From Acidobacteriota bacterium (GTDB lineage: Bacteria; Acidobacteriota; Thermoanaerobaculia; Multivoradales; JAGPDF01), in assembly GCA_014584695.1 (NCBI GenBank), contig JACTMI010000012.1, forward strand, positions 40,097 to 104,096: a DNA stretch of 64,000 nt. Direction: 5' to 3'. Under the pieces are notes generated by a model. The model did not search any database, was not told the DNA's origin, and saw nothing but the letters and a program-made list of their open reading frames with translations. The position numbers and the translations under genes were made by a program. Shown piece after piece: positions 1 through 9,955 of the stretch. How positions within the stretch are numbered: the stretch's first letter is position 1; each line of letters starts with the position of its first letter.

Positions 1-66
1 AGGTGGCGATCCGGCGCGACGGCGCCCTCGTGGGCAGCGCGCGCGCGGCTTGGCGGGTGCTGCGCT

Positions 67-2442
67 GTGGCCCGTGGACGGCCGCGGGGACCGTCGATCC
101 GCCGTGACCGCGCTCGAGCCGGCGGATCACGTAGACTGCGCGCGACAGCTCGTTCCCCCATCGTCGTGAGCATCGGCCCCCCCCTCCGCCGCGTCGGCCT
201 CGCTCTGGCGCCCGCCGTCGCGCTGGTGCTGCTGGTCGCGCTGCAGGCCCGCGAGGCCGACCGGGTCAGCGGCCACCGGGTGGGCTTCGATCTCGAGCTG
301 CGCGCTGAAGGAGTCGAGATCTCGGCGCTCACCGAAGGGCTGCCGGCGGCCCGGGCGGGGCTGGCGATCGGCGACCGGTTGATCGCGGTCGCGGGGCGTC
401 CGATCGCGGTGGTGCTCGACTACGACCAGCAGGCGGAGCGCTTCGAGCGCGGCCGCCTGGTGGTGTTCACGATCGAGCGCGGCGGCGTGCGGCGGGACGT
501 CGCGGTCGAGGTCGGCGTGCCGCTGCCGCGCCTCGAGCTCGCGCTCAATGCGGTCACGGTCGCCCTGTTCTTCGCGCTCGCGCTGCTGGCGTCGTTGCGC
601 TGGTCGCACGACCTGCGCGCCCGCTTGCTCTGGGCCTACTCGCTGGCGGTGGCGCTCGAATACGCGCTGCCGATGGAGACGCTCAACGCGAGCCGGCTCG
701 GCGTCCTCACGAATCTCTCCTTCTACCTGCTGACCGGGCTCCAGATGGGGCTCGATCTCCACCTGGCGTCGCTCATCCCGGACCGACCGCGCTGGCTCGC
801 CGCCCGCCCCTGGATCGTCCGTCTCTATTACGTGGTCGGCGGCCTGCTCGGCGGCGCCGCCGCGGCGACCCTGCTGGCCGAGGTCGTCTTCCGCCGGCAT
901 CTGCCCTGGTCGCTCACCGCCGCCGAGGAGCTGCTGCTCCACTGGGGGCTGCCCCTGTGGGGCCTGGGGGTCGCCGGGCTGCTCGGGCACCGCTTCGCCA
1001 CCCATCCGGACCGCCGCGGCCGCCTGCAAGCGGGGTTCGTCCTGCTCGGGGTCTTGCCCTGGACGGCGGTCGTGGCCTTCCTCGGCGCGCGGCAGCTGCT
1101 CGGCCTGACCAATCCGGCCGTCCCCGGCAGCGTCTGGGCGCTGGTGGGGGCCGCCTATCCGATCGCGGTCTTCGTCGCCATCTTCCGCCACCATCTGTTC
1201 GACCTCGAGTGGGTCATGCGGCGCAGCGTTCTCTACGGTGCGCTCACTTCGGCCCTCGTGCTCGTCTTCTACGCCGCGCTCGGGGCCGGCGGTGCTCTCT
1301 TCGCCGGCGCGGTCGAGGGGGGGCATCGTTCGGTCTGGGTGGTCGCCGGAGCGACGCTGCTGCTCGGTCTGCTGTTCAGTCCGCTGCGCACGAGGCTCGA
1401 GGGCTGGATCGACCGCCGCTTCTTTCCGGAGCGCGGCGCGCTGCGCCGCCGCGTCATCGCGCTCGCCACCGAGCTGCCCGCCCACGGCAAGCTGGCGCGC
1501 ATGGGCGAGCACCTGGCGGCCGAGACCTGTCGAATTTTCGAAGTCGACTCGGCGACGATCTGGATCGCCGCGCCGCCGGTCGGCCAGCTGATGAACCTGG
1601 CCACCACCCGGGCCACGTCGCCCGACGCGGAGCAGACCCTGCTGATCGCTCCCGACGATCCAGGTCTGCGGCTCCTTGCCCGCTCCGGCAAGCCCCAGCC
1701 GGCCGGAACCCTCGCCCGCCAGGGCGCGGCGCTCGCCCAGCGCCTGGGCGAAGCCGGCGCCGATCTCGCGGTGCCGCTGATGGCGCGGGACCGCTTGGCG
1801 GGGGTCGTTCTGCTCGGGCCGAAACGGAGCCGGCAGCGCTTCTCGAGCGAGGAGCTCGACCTGCTCGAGCTGCTGGCGCAGCACGCTGCCACGGTGTTCG
1901 AGAACGCTCGCCTGTTCGACTCGGCGACCTACGAGGGGTTGACCGGGCTCTACCGGCGGGAGGCGATTCTGGAGGTTCTGGACCGGGAGTGGAGCCGCGC
2001 GGTCCGCTACGACCGCCCGCTGGCGGTGGCGGTCGCGGACCTCGACCGCTTCAAGGAGATCAACGACCGCCACGGTCACCTGGCGGGGGACGTGGTGCTG
2101 CAGCGGGTGGCCGGCGAGCTGCGTGGCCAGCTGCGGGAAGCCGACTTCATCGGCCGCTTCGGCGGCGAGGAGTTCCTGATCGTGCTGCCCGAGAGCGCGT
2201 CCGAGGGCGCCCGCGCGTTCGCCGAGAAGATCCGGCAGCGGATCGAGGAGCTGACGATCCCGATCGAGAGCGGTCCGACGTTGCGGCTGACGCTGTCGAT
2301 CGGCGTCGCCGGCCGCGAGAGCCTGGGCCCGGACACGCGCGCGCGGGCCCGGGCGCTGATCGCCGCCGCGGACGAGGCGCTCTACTTGGCCAAGCGCCGG
2401 GGCCGCAACCGCGTCGAAGCCGCCCCGCCACCCGGTGCCTGA
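67..2442 (+). CDS. Membrane-bound diguanylate cyclase (PDZ, multi-TM, GAF, GGDEF)
   Basis: The ORF has an N-terminal hydrophobic anchor, then a PDZ-like stretch LTEGLPAARAGLAIGDRLIAVAG, a multi-TM block, and a GAF-like region. The C-terminal GGDEF domain contains DRFKEINDRHGHLAGD and RFGGEEFLIVLPE (GGEEF encoded at nt 2161-2175). The GTG start at 67 is uncertain; GTG at 166 is an alternative. Confidence 0.85.
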   Translation: MARGRPRGPSIRRDRARAGGSRRLRATARSPIVVSIGPPLRRVGLALAPAVALVLLVALQAREADRVSGHRVGFDLELRAEGVEISALTEGLPAARAGLAIGDRLIAVAGRPIAVVLDYDQQAERFERGRLVVFTIERGGVRRDVAVEVGVPLPRLELALNAVTVALFFALALLASLRWSHDLRARLLWAYSLAVALEYALPMETLNASRLGVLTNLSFYLLTGLQMGLDLHLASLIPDRPRWLAARPWIVRLYYVVGGLLGGAAAATLLAEVVFRRHLPWSLTAAEELLLHWGLPLWGLGVAGLLGHRFATHPDRRGRLQAGFVLLGVLPWTAVVAFLGARQLLGLTNPAVPGSVWALVGAAYPIAVFVAIFRHHLFDLEWVMRRSVLYGALTSALVLVFYAALGAGGALFAGAVEGGHRSVWVVAGATLLLGLLFSPLRTRLEGWIDRRFFPERGALRRRVIALATELPAHGKLARMGEHLAAETCRIFEVDSATIWIAAPPVGQLMNLATTRATSPDAEQTLLIAPDDPGLRLLARSGKPQPAGTLARQGAALAQRLGEAGADLAVPLMARDRLAGVVLLGPKRSRQRFSSEELDLLELLAQHAATVFENARLFDSATYEGLTGLYRREAILEVLDREWSRAVRYDRPLAVAVADLDRFKEINDRHGHLAGDVVLQRVAGELRGQLREADFIGRFGGEEFLIVLPESASEGARAFAEKIRQRIEELTIPIESGPTLRLTLSIGVAGRESLGPDTRARARALIAAADEALYLAKRRGRNRVEAAPPPGA

Positions 2443-2562
2443 GCTGCCGATGGCTCGAGCCTCAGACCTCAGACCGAGGACCCTCTGGCGCCTCGACACC
2501 GGAGCGAGCCGTCAGGCGAGCGACCGCGGTGGGGTGAGGAGGCCGGATTCACTCCGGCGTCC

Positions 2563-2588
2563 GAGGGGAGGGCGCGTGCCCTCCCCTC
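2563..2588. terminator. GC-rich hairpin between convergent genes (possible bidirectional terminator)
   Basis: Perfect 11-bp stem GAGGGGAGGGC / GCCCTCCCCTC with loop GCGT. It lies between the stop of the + strand cyclase (2442) and the stop of the - strand barrel protein (2608). There is no clear U tract. Confidence 0.4.
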
Positions 2589-2607
2589 TCTGGCAACCCC
2601 CCTCCCC

Positions 2608-3234
2608 TTACCAAGAAAAAATCAAGCCGATCGACGCCATGCCCTGCGTCAGGTCGTCGCGGTCGTAGTCGTCCCAGCCGCAGCGGGAGTCGCACGAGCG
2701 CCGGCCGGTCTGGTCCAGGGCAGTCCAGAACCCGCGCCCTTCGAAGCGCAGCCCGATGTTGTCGGTGAAGAAGACCTTGACGCCGCCGCCCAGGGAGACC
2801 GAGAAGCGGGTCTCAGTGTCGGCCCCGGGCACATCCGGGTTGAGTCGCGTGGCGCCGGCGCTGGCGACGAAGAAGGGGCTTACCTCGCGGCTGCCGCCCT
2901 GGACCAGGATGCCCGCGTGCAGGTAGGTGATGTCGATGTCGGCGACGTTGAAGTTGCCACCGAACAGCCCCTCGTCGAAGCGCAACTCGGTCTTCTGCCG
3001 GCTGGCCAACAGCTCGAGCTGGAGGTTGCTCGACAAGGGGATGTCGAAGGTGAGGCCGTAGGCCGCGCTGTCATTGACGTCGAGGTCGACGGAAAACAGC
3101 GAGTTGTTCTCACTGGCCAGGGTGCCGCCGAAGCGGTACTGGGCTTGCGGAGTGAGCTCGAAGCGATAGGCGCTCTGCGCGAAGGCCGGCGAGGCGAGCG
3201 CGGCGAGCGCGACAGCGAGGGCGAAACGACGCAT
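2608..3234 (-). CDS. Outer-membrane beta-barrel protein (OmpW / OmpA-barrel-like)
   Basis: Signal peptide MRRFALAVALAALASPAFAQ, an alternating amphipathic strand pattern, and an aromatic C-terminus (...IGLIFSW). Confidence 0.7.
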   Translation of the reverse strand: MRRFALAVALAALASPAFAQSAYRFELTPQAQYRFGGTLASENNSLFSVDLDVNDSAAYGLTFDIPLSSNLQLELLASRQKTELRFDEGLFGGNFNVADIDITYLHAGILVQGGSREVSPFFVASAGATRLNPDVPGADTETRFSVSLGGGVKVFFTDNIGLRFEGRGFWTALDQTGRRSCDSRCGWDDYDRDDLTQGMASIGLIFSW

Positions 3235-3355
3235 GGCGATCTCCTTGGGATCGTGGGTCCGGATGGTTCGGTTTCGGACCGCGGATGTTCCAGAGACAGT
3301 GACAGCAAGAGCGATACCAGGGGGTGTCCCGCCGGACGGCGGATAGGATCCGGCG

Positions 3356-3679
3356 ATGGACGAGCCGATCCCGCTGGAGGTCCGCCGCCTGCCGGAGCAG
3401 CGGCGGCTCCGGCTGACCTGGAGCGACGGCCACGTCGGCGAGTACGACTACCGCTATCTGCGCGGCTGGTGCCCGTGCGCTTTCTGCCAGGGCCACGGCG
3501 CTCTCGCCCTCTCGTTCCACGAGCCGGCGGGCGAGATCGACCTCGCCGCCGTCGAGGTCGTGGGTCAGTACGCCCTGGGCTTCCGTTTCTCGGACGGTCA
3601 CGGCTCGGGGATCTACCGCTTCGACCTGCTGCGCCGCCTCTGCCCCTGCCCGCGCTGCGCCAGCGGCCCGGTCGGGTAG
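3356..3679 (+). CDS. DUF971-type small Cys-rich protein
   Basis: 107 aa. [29 protein letters not shown] and [24 protein letters not shown] resemble the DUF971 (gamma-butyrobetaine hydroxylase N-terminal-like) pattern. The call rests on recalled motifs only. Confidence 0.65.
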   Translation: MDEPIPLEVRRLPEQRRLRLTWSDGHVGEYDYRYLRGWCPCAFCQGHGALALSFHEPAGEIDLAAVEVVGQYALGFRFSDGHGSGIYRFDLLRRLCPCPRCASGPVG

Positions 3680-3764
3680 GATCCGCCGGTCCGCTGCGGA
3701 CGATGACAACCGACCGCGCTGCCCTGCCGAGCGCGGCCGCCCCACAGCCCAGGAGAGAACCGCC

Positions 3765-4346
3765 ATGAGCCCCGTCGCCCTGCTGCTCGCTGCCACGCTG
3801 TTTTCCGGCGAGCCCGCCGATTCGCCCGCTCCGACCCCCGCCGGCGACAAGCCCCGGGTCGCCTTCGAGACGACGATGGGCCGGATCGTCCTCGAGCTCG
3901 ACCCGGCCAAGGCCCCCAAGACGGTCGAGAACTTCCTCGCCAACGTCGCCTCCGGCCACTACGAGGGCACCATCTTCCACCGGGTGATCTCCGGGTTCAT
4001 GATCCAGACCGGTGGCCTGACCGCGGAGATGACCGAGAAGAAGACCGGCAACCGGATCGAGAACGAGGCCGACAACGGCTTGAAGAACCTGCGCGGCACG
4101 GTGGCGATGGCGCGCACCATGGATCCGCACTCCGCCTCGGCGCAGTTCTTCGTCAACACGGTCGACAACGGCTTCCTCGACCACACCGGCAAGAACCCCC
4201 AGGGTTGGGGCTACGCGGTGTTCGGGCGCGTCGTCGAGGGGATGGACGTGGTCGACAAGATCGCCGCGGTCAAGACCGGCAACCGCGGGCCGCACCAGAA
4301 CGTGCCGCTCGAGCCGGTGACCGTCACCAAGGCGAGCAAGCTCTGA
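3765..4346 (+). CDS. Cyclophilin-type peptidyl-prolyl cis-trans isomerase, probably exported
   Basis: Cyclophilin motifs [37 protein letters not shown] and [17 protein letters not shown]. The N-terminal hydrophobic leader is [13 protein letters not shown]. Confidence 0.9.
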   Translation: MSPVALLLAATLFSGEPADSPAPTPAGDKPRVAFETTMGRIVLELDPAKAPKTVENFLANVASGHYEGTIFHRVISGFMIQTGGLTAEMTEKKTGNRIENEADNGLKNLRGTVAMARTMDPHSASAQFFVNTVDNGFLDHTGKNPQGWGYAVFGRVVEGMDVVDKIAAVKTGNRGPHQNVPLEPVTVTKASKL

Positions 4347-4432
4347 GCGCGAGCGGCGCCGGCGATCCCGTGGACCGTCGGCGCCGGCTGGAGCCCGGGT
4401 CGGTCGCGCCGGGCCCGATGGCTGGGGAGGGT

Positions 4433-4517
<85 letters not shown>

Positions 4518-4567
4518 ATCGAGGACATTCTAACCGATCGTCGGCCCGCAACTGAGCCGACAGCGGC

Positions 4568-4951
4568 TCAGTTGGGAGCCGGCGGCTCGCTGGTCGGCGC
4601 GGCCTCCGACCCGCTCTCGGCCGGCGTCGCGGTGGTCTCCGGTGCCGCCTCGGGAGCCGCGGAGACCGGGGCGGACGTCGCCGGCGCGGTCGCCGCCGGC
4701 ACCGCTTCCATGACCGAGCTCGCCTCGGAGGTCTTGAGGAAGGCGATGACCAGGGTGGTCAACACGAAGCCGACGAAGCCGGCCACGGTCAGGCGGTGGA
4801 GCAGGTTCGTGGCGCTCCTGGCGCCGAAGGCGGCCATGGTCGAGCCGCCGCCGAAGACCGACAGGTCGGCCCCCTTGCCCTGCTGCAGCAAGACCACCAG
4901 GATGAGGAAGATGCACAGCACCACGTGCAGCGTGTACAACAGGTAGATCAC
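4568..4951 (-). CDS. secG: Preprotein translocase subunit SecG
   Basis: The N-terminus [51 protein letters not shown] matches the SecG signature (LLQxGKG...GGG). It has two TM segments plus a low-complexity Ala/Pro/Ser/Glu-rich tail, and lies in tpiA-secG synteny. Confidence 0.85.
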   Translation of the reverse strand: MIYLLYTLHVVLCIFLILVVLLQQGKGADLSVFGGGSTMAAFGARSATNLLHRLTVAGFVGFVLTTLVIAFLKTSEASSVMEAVPAATAPATSAPVSAAPEAAPETTATPAESGSEAAPTSEPPAPN

Positions 4952-4972
4952 GGCGGGATCCTCGTCGCCGCG

Positions 4973-5722
4973 TCAGGCGGCGAAAGAGTGAAGGATAGCA
5001 AGGAAACGGTCCGGGTCAAGGCTGGCGCCCCCGACCAGGGCGCCGTCGAGCTCCGCCTCGGCCGCCAGGGCGGCGGCGTTATCGGGGCTGACCGAGCCGC
5101 CGTAGAGGATCCGGAGCGCCGCCGCGAAGGCCTCCCCCGCACGCTGGGCGGCGCGGGCGCGCAGAAAGGCGTGGGCCTCGCGGGCGATCTCTGGCGTCGC
5201 CGTCTGGCCGGTGCCGATCGCCCAGACGGGCTCGTAGGCGAGCACCAGCCGGGGGTCGGCCGGCAGGGCGTCGAGCTGGCGGCCGAGGACCTCGAAGGTG
5301 CGCCCCGCGGCCCGCTCCGCGGCGGTCTCGCCGACGCAGGCGACCGGCACCAGCCCGCCGGCGAGCGCCGCCGCGACCTTGCGGGCAACCAGCGCGTCGC
5401 TCTCGCCGTGGCCCTGGCGCCGCTCGCTGTGGCCGCACAGGGCCCAACCGCAGCCGGCGTCGGCGAGCTGGGCGGCCGAGACGTCACCGGTGAACGCGCC
5501 CGCCGGCTCCGGCGACAGGTCCTGCCCGCCCAGCCCGACCGGCGAGCCGTCGAGCGCGCGCGCCACGGGGGCCAGGAGCGGGTGGGAGGGGAAGATCACC
5601 ACCTCGGCCGACGGCGCGCCGTCGAAGCCGGCGAGGAGGGTTCGGCAGTAGCTCTCCGCGGCCGTCCGGTCCAGGTTCATCTTCCAGTTGGCGGCCACCA
5701 GCCGCCGGCGGACCGCGGGCAT
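4973..5722 (-). CDS. tpiA: Triosephosphate isomerase
   Basis: Motifs VAANWKMN, CGHSERR and AYEPVWAIGTG. It lies immediately downstream of pgk. Confidence 0.95.
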   Translation of the reverse strand: MPAVRRRLVAANWKMNLDRTAAESYCRTLLAGFDGAPSAEVVIFPSHPLLAPVARALDGSPVGLGGQDLSPEPAGAFTGDVSAAQLADAGCGWALCGHSERRQGHGESDALVARKVAAALAGGLVPVACVGETAAERAAGRTFEVLGRQLDALPADPRLVLAYEPVWAIGTGQTATPEIAREAHAFLRARAAQRAGEAFAAALRILYGGSVSPDNAAALAAEAELDGALVGGASLDPDRFLAILHSFAA

Positions 5723-5728
5723 CGGCTC

Positions 5729-6925
5729 TCAGCTCCGGGCGAGGGCGGCGACGCCGGGCAGCTCGCGGCCGGCGAGGAATTCGAGCGCAGCGCCACCGCC
5801 GGTCGAGACGTGCCCGATCCGGTCGGCGACCCCGGCCTGGTGGGCGGCGGCCACGGTCTCGCCGCCGCCGATCAGGGTGAAGCCGGGACAGGTGGCGAGC
5901 GCTTGGGCGACCGCGCGGGTGCCGGCGTCGAAAGGCGGACGCTCGAAGACCCCGAGCGGGCCGTTCCAGAACAGCGTGCGCGCGCGGGCGAGCGCCGCGG
6001 CGAACGCGGCGCGGCTTTCGGGTCCGACGTCGAGGGCGAGGAAACCCGCGGGCACGGCGTCGACCGCGACGGTGCGGATGTCGCGGGGCGCGTCCAGCGA
6101 ATCGGCCACCACCAGATCGGTGGGGAGCAGGACCTCGATTCCTTGCGCGGCGGCGCGGCCGAGGATCGTGGCGGCGGTCTCGAGCCGGTCGCGCTCGACC
6201 AGCGAGGCCGCGAGGTCGTGGCCCTGGGCGGCGAGGAAGGTGTTGGCCATGCCGCCGCCGACCAGCAACAGGTCGAGCCGCGGCAAGAGGTTTTCGAGCG
6301 TGTCGATCTTGCCCTCGATCTTGGCGCCGCCCAAAAGCGCCGCGAACGGCCGCTCGGGCCGCTCCAGGAGGCGCGAAAGCGCCTCGACCTCGCGCACCAT
6401 CAGGCGACCGGCGGCCCGCCGCGGCAGGTGGGCGAGCACGCCCGCGGTCGAAGCGTGGGCGCGGTGGGCGCTGCCGAAGGCGTCGTCGACATAGGCCCGC
6501 GCCGGAGCCGCCAGAGCGCGCGCGAAGTCGGGATCGTTCTTCTCCTCGCCGGCGTGGAAGCGCAGGTTCTCGAGCACCGCGACGCCGCCCTCCGGCAGCG
6601 ACTCGGCGGCGCTCGCGACCAGCTCGCCGACGCAGTCCTCGACGAACACCACCGGGGCCCGCAGCAGCTCGGACAGCCGCGCGGCCACCGGGCGCAGCGA
6701 GTACTTGGGCTTGCGCTCGCCCTTCGGCCGGCCCAGGTGCGAGCAGAGCAGCAGGCGGGCGCCGTGGCGTGCGAGCTCGCGCAGAGTCGGCAGCGCCTCC
6801 ACCAGCCGGGTGTCGTCGACGACGCGGCCGTCTTCGAGCGGCACGTTGAAATCGACGCGCACGAGGATCGCTACCCCCGCGAGCGTGGGCAGGTCGAGGT
6901 CTTCGAGCGCCAAGAGCCGGTTCAT
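5729..6925 (-). CDS. pgk: Phosphoglycerate kinase
   Basis: The start was trimmed to the ATG at 6925 ([12 protein letters not shown]...). Motifs are [27 protein letters not shown] and [11 protein letters not shown]. The track ORF 5729..7681 carries a spurious Arg-rich N-terminal extension. Confidence 0.95.
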   Translation of the reverse strand: MNRLLALEDLDLPTLAGVAILVRVDFNVPLEDGRVVDDTRLVEALPTLRELARHGARLLLCSHLGRPKGERKPKYSLRPVAARLSELLRAPVVFVEDCVGELVASAAESLPEGGVAVLENLRFHAGEEKNDPDFARALAAPARAYVDDAFGSAHRAHASTAGVLAHLPRRAAGRLMVREVEALSRLLERPERPFAALLGGAKIEGKIDTLENLLPRLDLLLVGGGMANTFLAAQGHDLAASLVERDRLETAATILGRAAAQGIEVLLPTDLVVADSLDAPRDIRTVAVDAVPAGFLALDVGPESRAAFAAALARARTLFWNGPLGVFERPPFDAGTRAVAQALATCPGFTLIGGGETVAAAHQAGVADRIGHVSTGGGAALEFLAGRELPGVAALARS

Positions 6926-7020
6926 CGCGAGCCCTCCCCCGGGGAGGAGTCTACCCACTCCGAGCGCGCTCTCGCGACGAACCCAATGGCGGCTTCGGGG
7001 CCGAGGTTTCCGGGCTCGGC

Positions 7021-7833
7021 TCAGTGGGACAGCGCGGCGTCGATGGCGCCCCGCAGGTCGGCGCTCGCGGTGGCGGCCGAGCCGAGCTGGGTCTGCGCCG
7101 GCTGGTAGTGGTCGGTGCGGCAGAGGTGCGTTCCCTTTTGATGGTAGAAGAGATAGCGCTGCAACGCCGTCGCGAGCTCGTCGGAGGGCGCCGCGCGCGC
7201 CGGTCCGGCGAGCAGGGCGTCGAAAGCCGCGACATAGCTCTTGCAGGCGAGGTCGACCCGCCCGGGCGCCGGCACGATGTTGCCCTGGGCATCGACGTAG
7301 CGGCCGGTGAGATCGACCACCTGGCGAGCGGCGGTGTCGACCTGCTGAAAGGCGAGGCGGTTCGCCTGCCACCAGGAGGCGACGCGGTCGCGCTCCGCCA
7401 GCCGTCGGCGCTCGCGCTCGCCCTCGGTCCGGCGCAGCCGCTCTTCGGCCTCCTGCTCGCGCAAGCGGTTGATCTTCGCCTGCTCTTCGCGCTGCTCGGC
7501 GAGCGCCTGCTCGAGGTTCTTGCCTCCGGGCGGCTTGCTGCTCGCGGCGGAGGCGGCGCCCGGGTCGCCGCCGGTGCGCTCGGCGAGCGCCCGGCGGGCG
7601 CTCGCGGCGGCGCTCCCCGCCCCCGCCGGCCCGCCATCCTCGCTTTGGTCGGCGCTCCCCGCCCCCCGCTGCGCATACCACCAGGTCCCGCCGCCGACCG
7701 CCGCGAGGACCACCACGACCAGGAACCAGAAGAGCCCGGGGCCCGGGCCCGTGGGCCCGCTCGACCGGCCGCTCCGGCGCGTGCCGAGGTCCTGCTCCAT
7801 CCGCTCGAGTTGCCGGGGATCGAACAGCGTCAT
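7021..7833 (-). CDS. Hypothetical single-pass membrane protein with a coiled-coil segment, inserted between gap and pgk
   Basis: The start ATG (7833-7831) overlaps the gap stop as ATGA. The protein has a TM segment [20 protein letters not shown], a disordered Ala/Gly/Ser region, a charged coiled coil [38 protein letters not shown], and a C-terminal globular part with 2 Cys. I recognise no domain. Confidence 0.6.
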   Translation of the reverse strand: MTLFDPRQLERMEQDLGTRRSGRSSGPTGPGPGLFWFLVVVVLAAVGGGTWWYAQRGAGSADQSEDGGPAGAGSAAASARRALAERTGGDPGAASAASSKPPGGKNLEQALAEQREEQAKINRLREQEAEERLRRTEGERERRRLAERDRVASWWQANRLAFQQVDTAARQVVDLTGRYVDAQGNIVPAPGRVDLACKSYVAAFDALLAGPARAAPSDELATALQRYLFYHQKGTHLCRTDHYQPAQTQLGSAATASADLRGAIDAALSH

Positions 7834-8864
7834 CACTTCCCTCCCGAAGTGGCGGTGCCGGCTCGACCCAAGCGCGCGAGCAGCTCCGCCAAGCGGTGCG
7901 AGTAGCCCCACTCGTTGTCGTACCAGGCGACCACGCGGACCAGCCGACCGCCGACGGTCTGCAACAGCGGCAGGTCGATCACCGCCGAGCGCGGATCGCC
8001 GATGAAGTCGGAGGAGACCAGCTCCTCGTCGGTGGTGCCGAGGATGCCGGCGAGCGCGCCGCTCTCGGCCGCGCGGTAGGCCGCGGCGAGCTCCTCGCGC
8101 GACGCCTCGCGGCCGAGCAGCACGGTGGTGTCGATCAGCGAACCGGCGACGATCGGCACCCGCATCGCGAGCCCTTCGACTCTCCCCGCGAGCCCGGGCA
8201 GCACCCAGCCGATCGACGAGATGGCGTCGGAGGTGGTCGGGATGATGTTGGCCACCGCGGCCCGCGCGCGCCGCGGGTCGGCGTGCGCCATGTCGACCAG
8301 GTGCTGGCTGTTGGTGACGCAGTGGACGGTGTTCATCAGCGCCCGCTCGACGCCGAAGGCGCCGGCCAGGACGACGAGCGTCGCGGCCAGGCAGTTGGTG
8401 GTGCAGGAGGCGTTGGAGACCACCAGGTGCCGCGCCGGATCGAAGTCGCCGTCGTTGATGCCGACGCAGAACGTCGCGTCGGCGTCGGGAATCGTCGCCG
8501 AGACCACGACGCGCCGGGCGCCGCCTTCGAGATGCCGGGCGGCCGAGTCCCGGCGGCGGAAGCGGCCGGTCGCCTCGACGACGATCTCGACGCCGTGAGC
8601 CGCCCAGTCGATCGCCTCCGGATGCTCCGCCCGCGACAGCGGCAGGCGGCGCTCGCCGAATCGGAGCGCGCCGGGCTCGGCGGCGACCGGGCCCGGGAAG
8701 CGGCCGTGGATCGAGTCGTGGCGCAAGAGCGCCGCGATCTGCGACGGCTCGGCGAGGTCGTTGGCGGCCGCGAGCTCCAGCCCGAGCTCCGGCCGCTCGG
8801 AGGCGATGCGCAGCAGACCCCGACCGATGCGGCCGAGGCCGTTGATGCCGAAACGGAGAGACAT
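7833..8864 (-). CDS. gap: Glyceraldehyde-3-phosphate dehydrogenase
   Basis: The start was trimmed to the ATG at 8864 ([15 protein letters not shown]...). The active-site motif is [10 protein letters not shown], and WYDNEWGYS lies near the C-terminus. The upstream part of track ORF 7833..10613 is an artefact. Confidence 0.95.
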   Translation of the reverse strand: MSLRFGINGLGRIGRGLLRIASERPELGLELAAANDLAEPSQIAALLRHDSIHGRFPGPVAAEPGALRFGERRLPLSRAEHPEAIDWAAHGVEIVVEATGRFRRRDSAARHLEGGARRVVVSATIPDADATFCVGINDGDFDPARHLVVSNASCTTNCLAATLVVLAGAFGVERALMNTVHCVTNSQHLVDMAHADPRRARAAVANIIPTTSDAISSIGWVLPGLAGRVEGLAMRVPIVAGSLIDTTVLLGREASREELAAAYRAAESGALAGILGTTDEELVSSDFIGDPRSAVIDLPLLQTVGGRLVRVVAWYDNEWGYSHRLAELLARLGRAGTATSGGK

Positions 8865-8899
8865 GCCGGCGAGTCTAACGCTCGGCGACGGCGACGGGC

Positions 8900-9259
8900 C
8901 TAGATCCTCTCCAGTGTCTCGCGGGTGCGCGCGTCGCGGAGGTTGCCGGTGTTGAGCGTCGTCGCCGGCTCGAACAGGACGACCTGGCAGCCCCGCGGGG
9001 AGACCGGGCGGTGCTCGACGCCGCGCGGGACGACCAGGAGCTGGCCCGGACCGAGTACGATCTCGCGGTCCCGGAGCTCCATCCGCAGCTCGCCCTCGAT
9101 CACCCAGAAGAGCTCGTCCTCGTGCTCGTGGTGGTGCCAGACGAACTCGCCCTCGAGCTTGGCCAGCTTGACCTGCTGGCCGTTCAACTCGGCGACGACG
9201 CGCGGGTTCCAGGTGTCGGCGAAGCTGGCGAATTTCTGGGCGAGATCGATCGGCTGCAC
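8900..9259 (-). CDS. Cupin domain protein
   Basis: 119 aa. Cupin motif 1 is GEFVWHHHEHEDELFWVIEG and motif 2 is GQLLVVPRGVEHRP. Confidence 0.8.
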   Translation of the reverse strand: MQPIDLAQKFASFADTWNPRVVAELNGQQVKLAKLEGEFVWHHHEHEDELFWVIEGELRMELRDREIVLGPGQLLVVPRGVEHRPVSPRGCQVVLFEPATTLNTGNLRDARTRETLERI

Positions 9260-9304
9260 GGTGGGGTCTCCTCGGATTCTCTGCCGATCCTGCCAGAAGG
9301 TGAT

Positions 9305-9955
9305 TCAGACCCCGCGGGCCGGCGCGTCGAGCAGCGCGCGCGCGAGCGCGAGATCGTCCGGGTGGATCGAATGGGGAAAGCCCGGTCTCCGGCGGACTTC
9401 GACGCGGGCGCCCAGGGCGCGGAAGTTCGCCGCGCTCTCCTCGATGCGCTGCCAGGGGACGTGCGGATCGGGCTCGCCGGCGGCGAACAGCGCGGGCGTG
9501 CCCGCGAGGTCCCCCGCGGCCTCGAAGCGGGTGCCCAGCGGCCCGATCCGTCCGCCGACGAAGGCGAACAGCCCCGCGTAGCGGCGCGGCCGCCGCGCCA
9601 CCAGCTCGGTGGCGAGGCAGGCGCCCTGAGAGAAGCCGGCGAGCGCGATCCGCTCGAGCGGGAGGCCGTCGCGCTCGAGGCTCGCGATCAGGTCGTCGAC
9701 GGCGCCGAGCGCCGAGTCGAGCCAGGGCTGGTTCGCTTCGAGCGGTGCCAGGAAGGAGAGTGGATACCAGGTGCCCCGCGCCGCCTGGGGCGCGACGAAG
9801 GCCCGGCCGGGCGCGGCGAGAGCTGGCGCGAGCTCGAGGATGCCGGCCGCCGTGGCGCCCCGGCCGTGCAGGAGCACCACGGCATCGGTGGCCTCGGCCG
9901 CAGGGGCGCCGGCGGTCGCGAGCGCACCGCCTCGGTGGAGGCCGTCGCGGCTCAT
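9305..9955 (-). CDS. Phospholipase/carboxylesterase-family alpha/beta hydrolase
   Basis: Motifs VVLLHGRGA and the nucleophile elbow GFSQGA, with a C-terminal His region (FPHSIHPDD). Its start overlaps the upstream dioxygenase stop by 4 nt (9952-9955). Confidence 0.8.
   Translation of the reverse strand: MSRDGLHRGGALATAGAPAAEATDAVVLLHGRGATAAGILELAPALAAPGRAFVAPQAARGTWYPLSFLAPLEANQPWLDSALGAVDDLIASLERDGLPLERIALAGFSQGACLATELVARRPRRYAGLFAFVGGRIGPLGTRFEAAGDLAGTPALFAAGEPDPHVPWQRIEESAANFRALGARVEVRRRPGFPHSIHPDDLALARALLDAPARGV

Noticed and set aside
127-2499. Very long antisense or out-of-frame ORFs throughout the track, for example 127..2499 -, 2880..4295 -, 4796..7108 +, 17304..20111 -, 21958..24507 -, 25159..28995 -, 34161..36740 +, 37030..39705 +, 49093..52587 +, 62223..63872 -.
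   Set aside because: Their translations are Arg/Ala/Gly/Pro-rich low-complexity strings with no motifs. They overlap frames that carry clear family signatures. Such ORFs are expected in very GC-rich DNA, where stop codons are rare.
4347-4432. Possible terminator hairpin (GCCGGCG ... CGCCGGC) after the cyclophilin gene.
   Set aside because: It has only a short imperfect stem with a long loop and no U tract, so it is not distinguishable from background GC-rich self-complementarity.
6926-7681. N-terminal 250-aa extension of pgk in track ORF 5729..7681.
   Set aside because: The extension is pure Arg/Gly/Ala noise and overlaps the better-supported minus-strand gene in another frame. The conserved Pgk N-terminus starts at the ATG at 6925.
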